64,000 bases of DNA from an uncultured delta proteobacterium (GTDB taxonomy: Bacteria; Desulfobacterota; Binatia; UBA9968): assembly GCA_963847445.1 (NCBI GenBank), contig CAWJZV010000014.1:96001-160000 (forward strand), read 5' to 3'. A program made the position numbers and the translations under genes. Numbering within the stretch: the stretch's first letter is position 1; each line of letters begins with the position of its first letter. Positions 61,261-64,000 of the stretch are shown here, in pieces. The notes below the pieces were generated by a model. The model saw only the letters and a program-made list of their open reading frames with translations, did not search any database and had not been told where the DNA came from.

Positions 61261-62910
61261 ATGATTGAGGGTGTCGTCCGCTTTCCGCCCGAGTTCGCCG
61301 CGCGCTACCGCGCTAAGGGCTATTGGGAAGATCGCTCGCTGCGCGATACTTTCGATGAACTTTTCGCCCGCCACGCGGAGCGTGTCGCCGTCATCGACCG
61401 GGATCAAGCCGTCACCTACGCGCAAATCGACCAACGTTCGACCCGCTTGGCACTCAATCTCCTCGACGAAGGGCTCGCGCCGCTCGACCGCGTGGTGGTG
61501 CAGCTGCCCAACGTCGTCGAATTCGTTTATCTCTACTGCGCCTTGCAAAAAATCGGCGCGATTCCGATCATGGCTCTGCCGACCCACCGATTTCGCGAGA
61601 TAAGCCAATTCATCGAGCTCTCCGGCGCCGTCGCCTGCGCCACGCCGGACCAGACCAAAGACTTCGACTACCGCGACCTCGTGCGGCGCATTCGCCCAGC
61701 GAGCAAAACTCTGCGCTTGGGAATTATTTTGGGTGATGCGCCGGAGGGTTATTTATCTCTGACCACGCTCATCGAGCGGCCCAGCAAGCGCGCGCCCGGC
61801 GAGTTGCGTGAGATCGCCATCGATCCCGAAGATCCGGCGCTCTTCCAACTCTCCGGCGGCACCACCGGCATTCCCAAGCTAATTCCACGCTCGCACAACG
61901 ATTATGTTTACAATTCGAAAATGGCCGCCGCTGTGACGGGCGTCGGACCCGACCGGGTGATGCTGAGCGTGCTGCCGCTGGCGCACAATCTGCCCCTCGC
62001 CTGTCCCGGTATCCAAGGATATTTCTTGCACGGCGCCAAGGTTGTTCTCGCCAACTCGACCCGCAGCGAGGATATCTTCGCGTTGATCGAGCGCCACCGC
62101 GTGAGTCATATCGCCGTCGTGCCCGCGCTGTTGATCCGTTTGATCAATGATCCGTCAATCGCGAGATACTGCCTTTCTTCGATCCGCGTCATTCAGAGCG
62201 GCGGCCAGCGGCTGCAACCGGAAGTGCGCCGGCGGACTAAAGAGTTAATTCCCAGCGTCTTCGTGCAGGAAAATTTCGGCATGGCCGAAGGCATGCTGAT
62301 GTTCAGCCGTGCCGACGATCCCGAGGATGTGAGGCTTGAAACGGTCGGCCGGCCGGTGAGCCCCGACGACGAAGTGCGGCTAGTTGACGACGACGATAAC
62401 GAAGTGGCGCCGGGAGAAGTCGGCGAGTTGCTCGCCCGCGGGCCGTACACCCTGCGCGGCTACTTCGGCGTGCCCGAGTACAACGCCAGAGCGTTTACCG
62501 CCGACGGTTTTTACCGTTCCGGCGATCTCATGCGCCGCCATCCCTCCGGCAACTATATGGTGGAAGGACGAAAAAAAGATTTGATCAACCGCGGCGGCGA
62601 AAAAATCAGCGCCGAGGAAATCGAAAATCTCATTCTCACCCATCCGGCGGTGCAAAATGTCGCCTGTGTGCCGATGCCCGATCCCGTGCTCGGCGAGCGC
62701 ATGTGCGCCTATGTGATCCTGCGCGCCGGCAGCGCTCTAAGGTTACCGGACCTCGTCGCCTTCCTCATGAACGAGGAAATCGCCAAGCACAAATTGCCGG
62801 AACGGTTGGAGATCGTCGACGATTTTCCGCTCTCGCCATTCGGCAAGGTGTCGAAAAAAGATTTGACCGAGAGAATTACGTCAAAGCTGAAGGAAGAAAG
62901 CAAACTTTGA
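61261..62910 (+). CDS. DhbE/EntE-family aryl acid adenylating enzyme, salicylate-type signature
   Basis: YRAKGYW, QLSGGTTGIPKLIPRSHNDY, HNLPLACPG, FGMAEG, YRSGD, INRGGEKI. Confidence 0.9.
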   Translation: MIEGVVRFPPEFAARYRAKGYWEDRSLRDTFDELFARHAERVAVIDRDQAVTYAQIDQRSTRLALNLLDEGLAPLDRVVVQLPNVVEFVYLYCALQKIGAIPIMALPTHRFREISQFIELSGAVACATPDQTKDFDYRDLVRRIRPASKTLRLGIILGDAPEGYLSLTTLIERPSKRAPGELREIAIDPEDPALFQLSGGTTGIPKLIPRSHNDYVYNSKMAAAVTGVGPDRVMLSVLPLAHNLPLACPGIQGYFLHGAKVVLANSTRSEDIFALIERHRVSHIAVVPALLIRLINDPSIARYCLSSIRVIQSGGQRLQPEVRRRTKELIPSVFVQENFGMAEGMLMFSRADDPEDVRLETVGRPVSPDDEVRLVDDDDNEVAPGEVGELLARGPYTLRGYFGVPEYNARAFTADGFYRSGDLMRRHPSGNYMVEGRKKDLINRGGEKISAEEIENLILTHPAVQNVACVPMPDPVLGERMCAYVILRAGSALRLPDLVAFLMNEEIAKHKLPERLEIVDDFPLSPFGKVSKKDLTERITSKLKEESKL

Positions 62911-63758
62911 GAATCATCGACCTACACTGCTATCCCAACACCGAACCATGGATCAAGTCTCAAGGTCCCTACGTCGAGGCGCTGGCGAAATATTGGAATC
63001 GCGCTTGGACGTGGAAGAAAGAATCCGAGGTCATCGAAGAATTCAAACAAGCCGGCGTCGAAGCGATGCTGGTGGCCTTTGACATCGAATCGGTCACCGG
63101 CGCGCCGCCCTGTACGAATGAGTATGTTGCGCAGATGCGCGACCGACATCCCGGGGTAATTCGCCAAGCATGGGGCGCCGTCGATCCCCTGAAGGGCGAA
63201 GTTGCCATCGTAGCGGCAAAAACAGCGATCAACGATTTAAAGCTTTTTGGCTTTCACTTTCATCCGATCATGGGCCATTTCTCCGTCGACGACCGTAAGT
63301 TTTACCCGCTGTGGGAGACCATCAACGCGCTCAAAGTTCCCGTCATGATCGATGTCGGCACCACCGGCATGGGCGCAGGCATGCCCGGCGGCTTGGGCGC
63401 GGTGATCCGCCACGCCCATCCGTCGGCCATCGATCAGCTGGCAGCGGATTTCCCCGACTTGAATATCGTCGCAGCCCATCCCGGCTGGCCGTGGACCGAG
63501 GAGATGATCGCGGTGGCGCTGCACAAGGGCAACGTGTCGTGGGAGATGTCCGGTTGGGCGCCGAAATATTTTCCCGACGCGATCAAGCGCGATATCAAAG
63601 GCCGATTGAAAGACAAAGTCATGTTCGGCAGCGATTATCCGAGCATTCCCTACGAACGCATTTTTAAGGAATGGGGCGAGCTCGGCTACTCCGACGCGCT
63701 GATGGAGAAACTTTTTCACGGCAACGCCGAGCGAATTCTTGGGCTTGTAGCGGGCTAG
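62907..63758 (+). CDS. amidohydrolase_2 family protein
   Basis: TTG start overlapping the upstream TGA; IIDLHC, FHFHPI, AHPGWPW, SGWAPKY, FGSDYP. Confidence 0.88.
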   Translation: MRIIDLHCYPNTEPWIKSQGPYVEALAKYWNRAWTWKKESEVIEEFKQAGVEAMLVAFDIESVTGAPPCTNEYVAQMRDRHPGVIRQAWGAVDPLKGEVAIVAAKTAINDLKLFGFHFHPIMGHFSVDDRKFYPLWETINALKVPVMIDVGTTGMGAGMPGGLGAVIRHAHPSAIDQLAADFPDLNIVAAHPGWPWTEEMIAVALHKGNVSWEMSGWAPKYFPDAIKRDIKGRLKDKVMFGSDYPSIPYERIFKEWGELGYSDALMEKLFHGNAERILGLVAG

Positions 63759-63782
63759 AGTCAAGGGTCGAAAAGGATACGT

Positions 63783-63874
63783 TCACCTCGAGGCACGAAG
63801 GACACGAAAGGGAATTGTATTCGGGAAGGTTTGAAACCCGCCTGGAACCTTCGTGTTTCGAACCTTCGATGTGG
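63783..63874. repeat. CACGAAG-array hairpin with nested REP
   Basis: ggcacgaaggacacgaa ... gggaaggtttgaaacccgcc ... ccttcgtgtttcgaaccttcg. Confidence 0.65.
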
Positions 63875-63901
63875 AAATCGAGATTTAAGGAGTCCGAATC
63901 A

Positions 63902-64000
63902 ATGAACATCGATTTCCACGCCCACATCTACCCGGAAGACTACTTAAAAAAGCTCGAAGCCTCGAGCGGCGACGTGCGCATCGAGACCGACGCTAAAGGC
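63902..64000 (+). CDS. amidohydrolase family protein, 5' end (truncated by window)
   Basis: AAGGAG RBS; MNIDFHAHIYPEDYL. Confidence 0.7.
   Translation, partial: MNIDFHAHIYPEDYLKKLEASSGDVRIETDAKG

Noticed and set aside
61261-62910. Siderophore biosynthesis (entE/dhbE)
   Set aside because: No isochorismatase, carrier protein, NRPS or TonB receptor in the window; neighbours are catabolic.

Overview
GC-rich bacterial chromosomal window with no rRNA, tRNA or CRISPR found. It is dominated by catabolic and transport genes: about 10 SsuA/NMT1-type ABC substrate-binding proteins (SBPs) with only one permease and no ATPase, a TctC-type SBP, 4 luciferase-like monooxygenases, 4 amidohydrolases, 2 gentisate-dioxygenase-like cupins, a thiolase/DUF35 pair, a family III CoA-transferase and a probable CoA-dependent salicylate-to-gentisate cluster at the right end. 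This gene content resembles Candidatus Binatia/related Deltaproteobacteria (inference). Many genes, mostly left of ~38 kb, are split by single-base indels, most likely long-read errors. Accessory loci: two type II toxin-antitoxin pairs, a serine protease/FHA membrane protein pair, tandem secreted paralogs, two exported SlyD-like PPIases, and a bactofilin/zinc-ribbon operon with a sigma54-type promoter. The most unusual signals are not in the ORF track. (1) Most intergenic spacers carry hairpin elements whose arms are short 6-9-mer tandem arrays; these are often nested with REP-like palindromes and one is fused in frame into an enzyme. (2) Three SBP genes appear collapsed, with the signal peptide joined almost directly to the C-terminal tail. 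All calls are by eye from motifs; no database searches were run.
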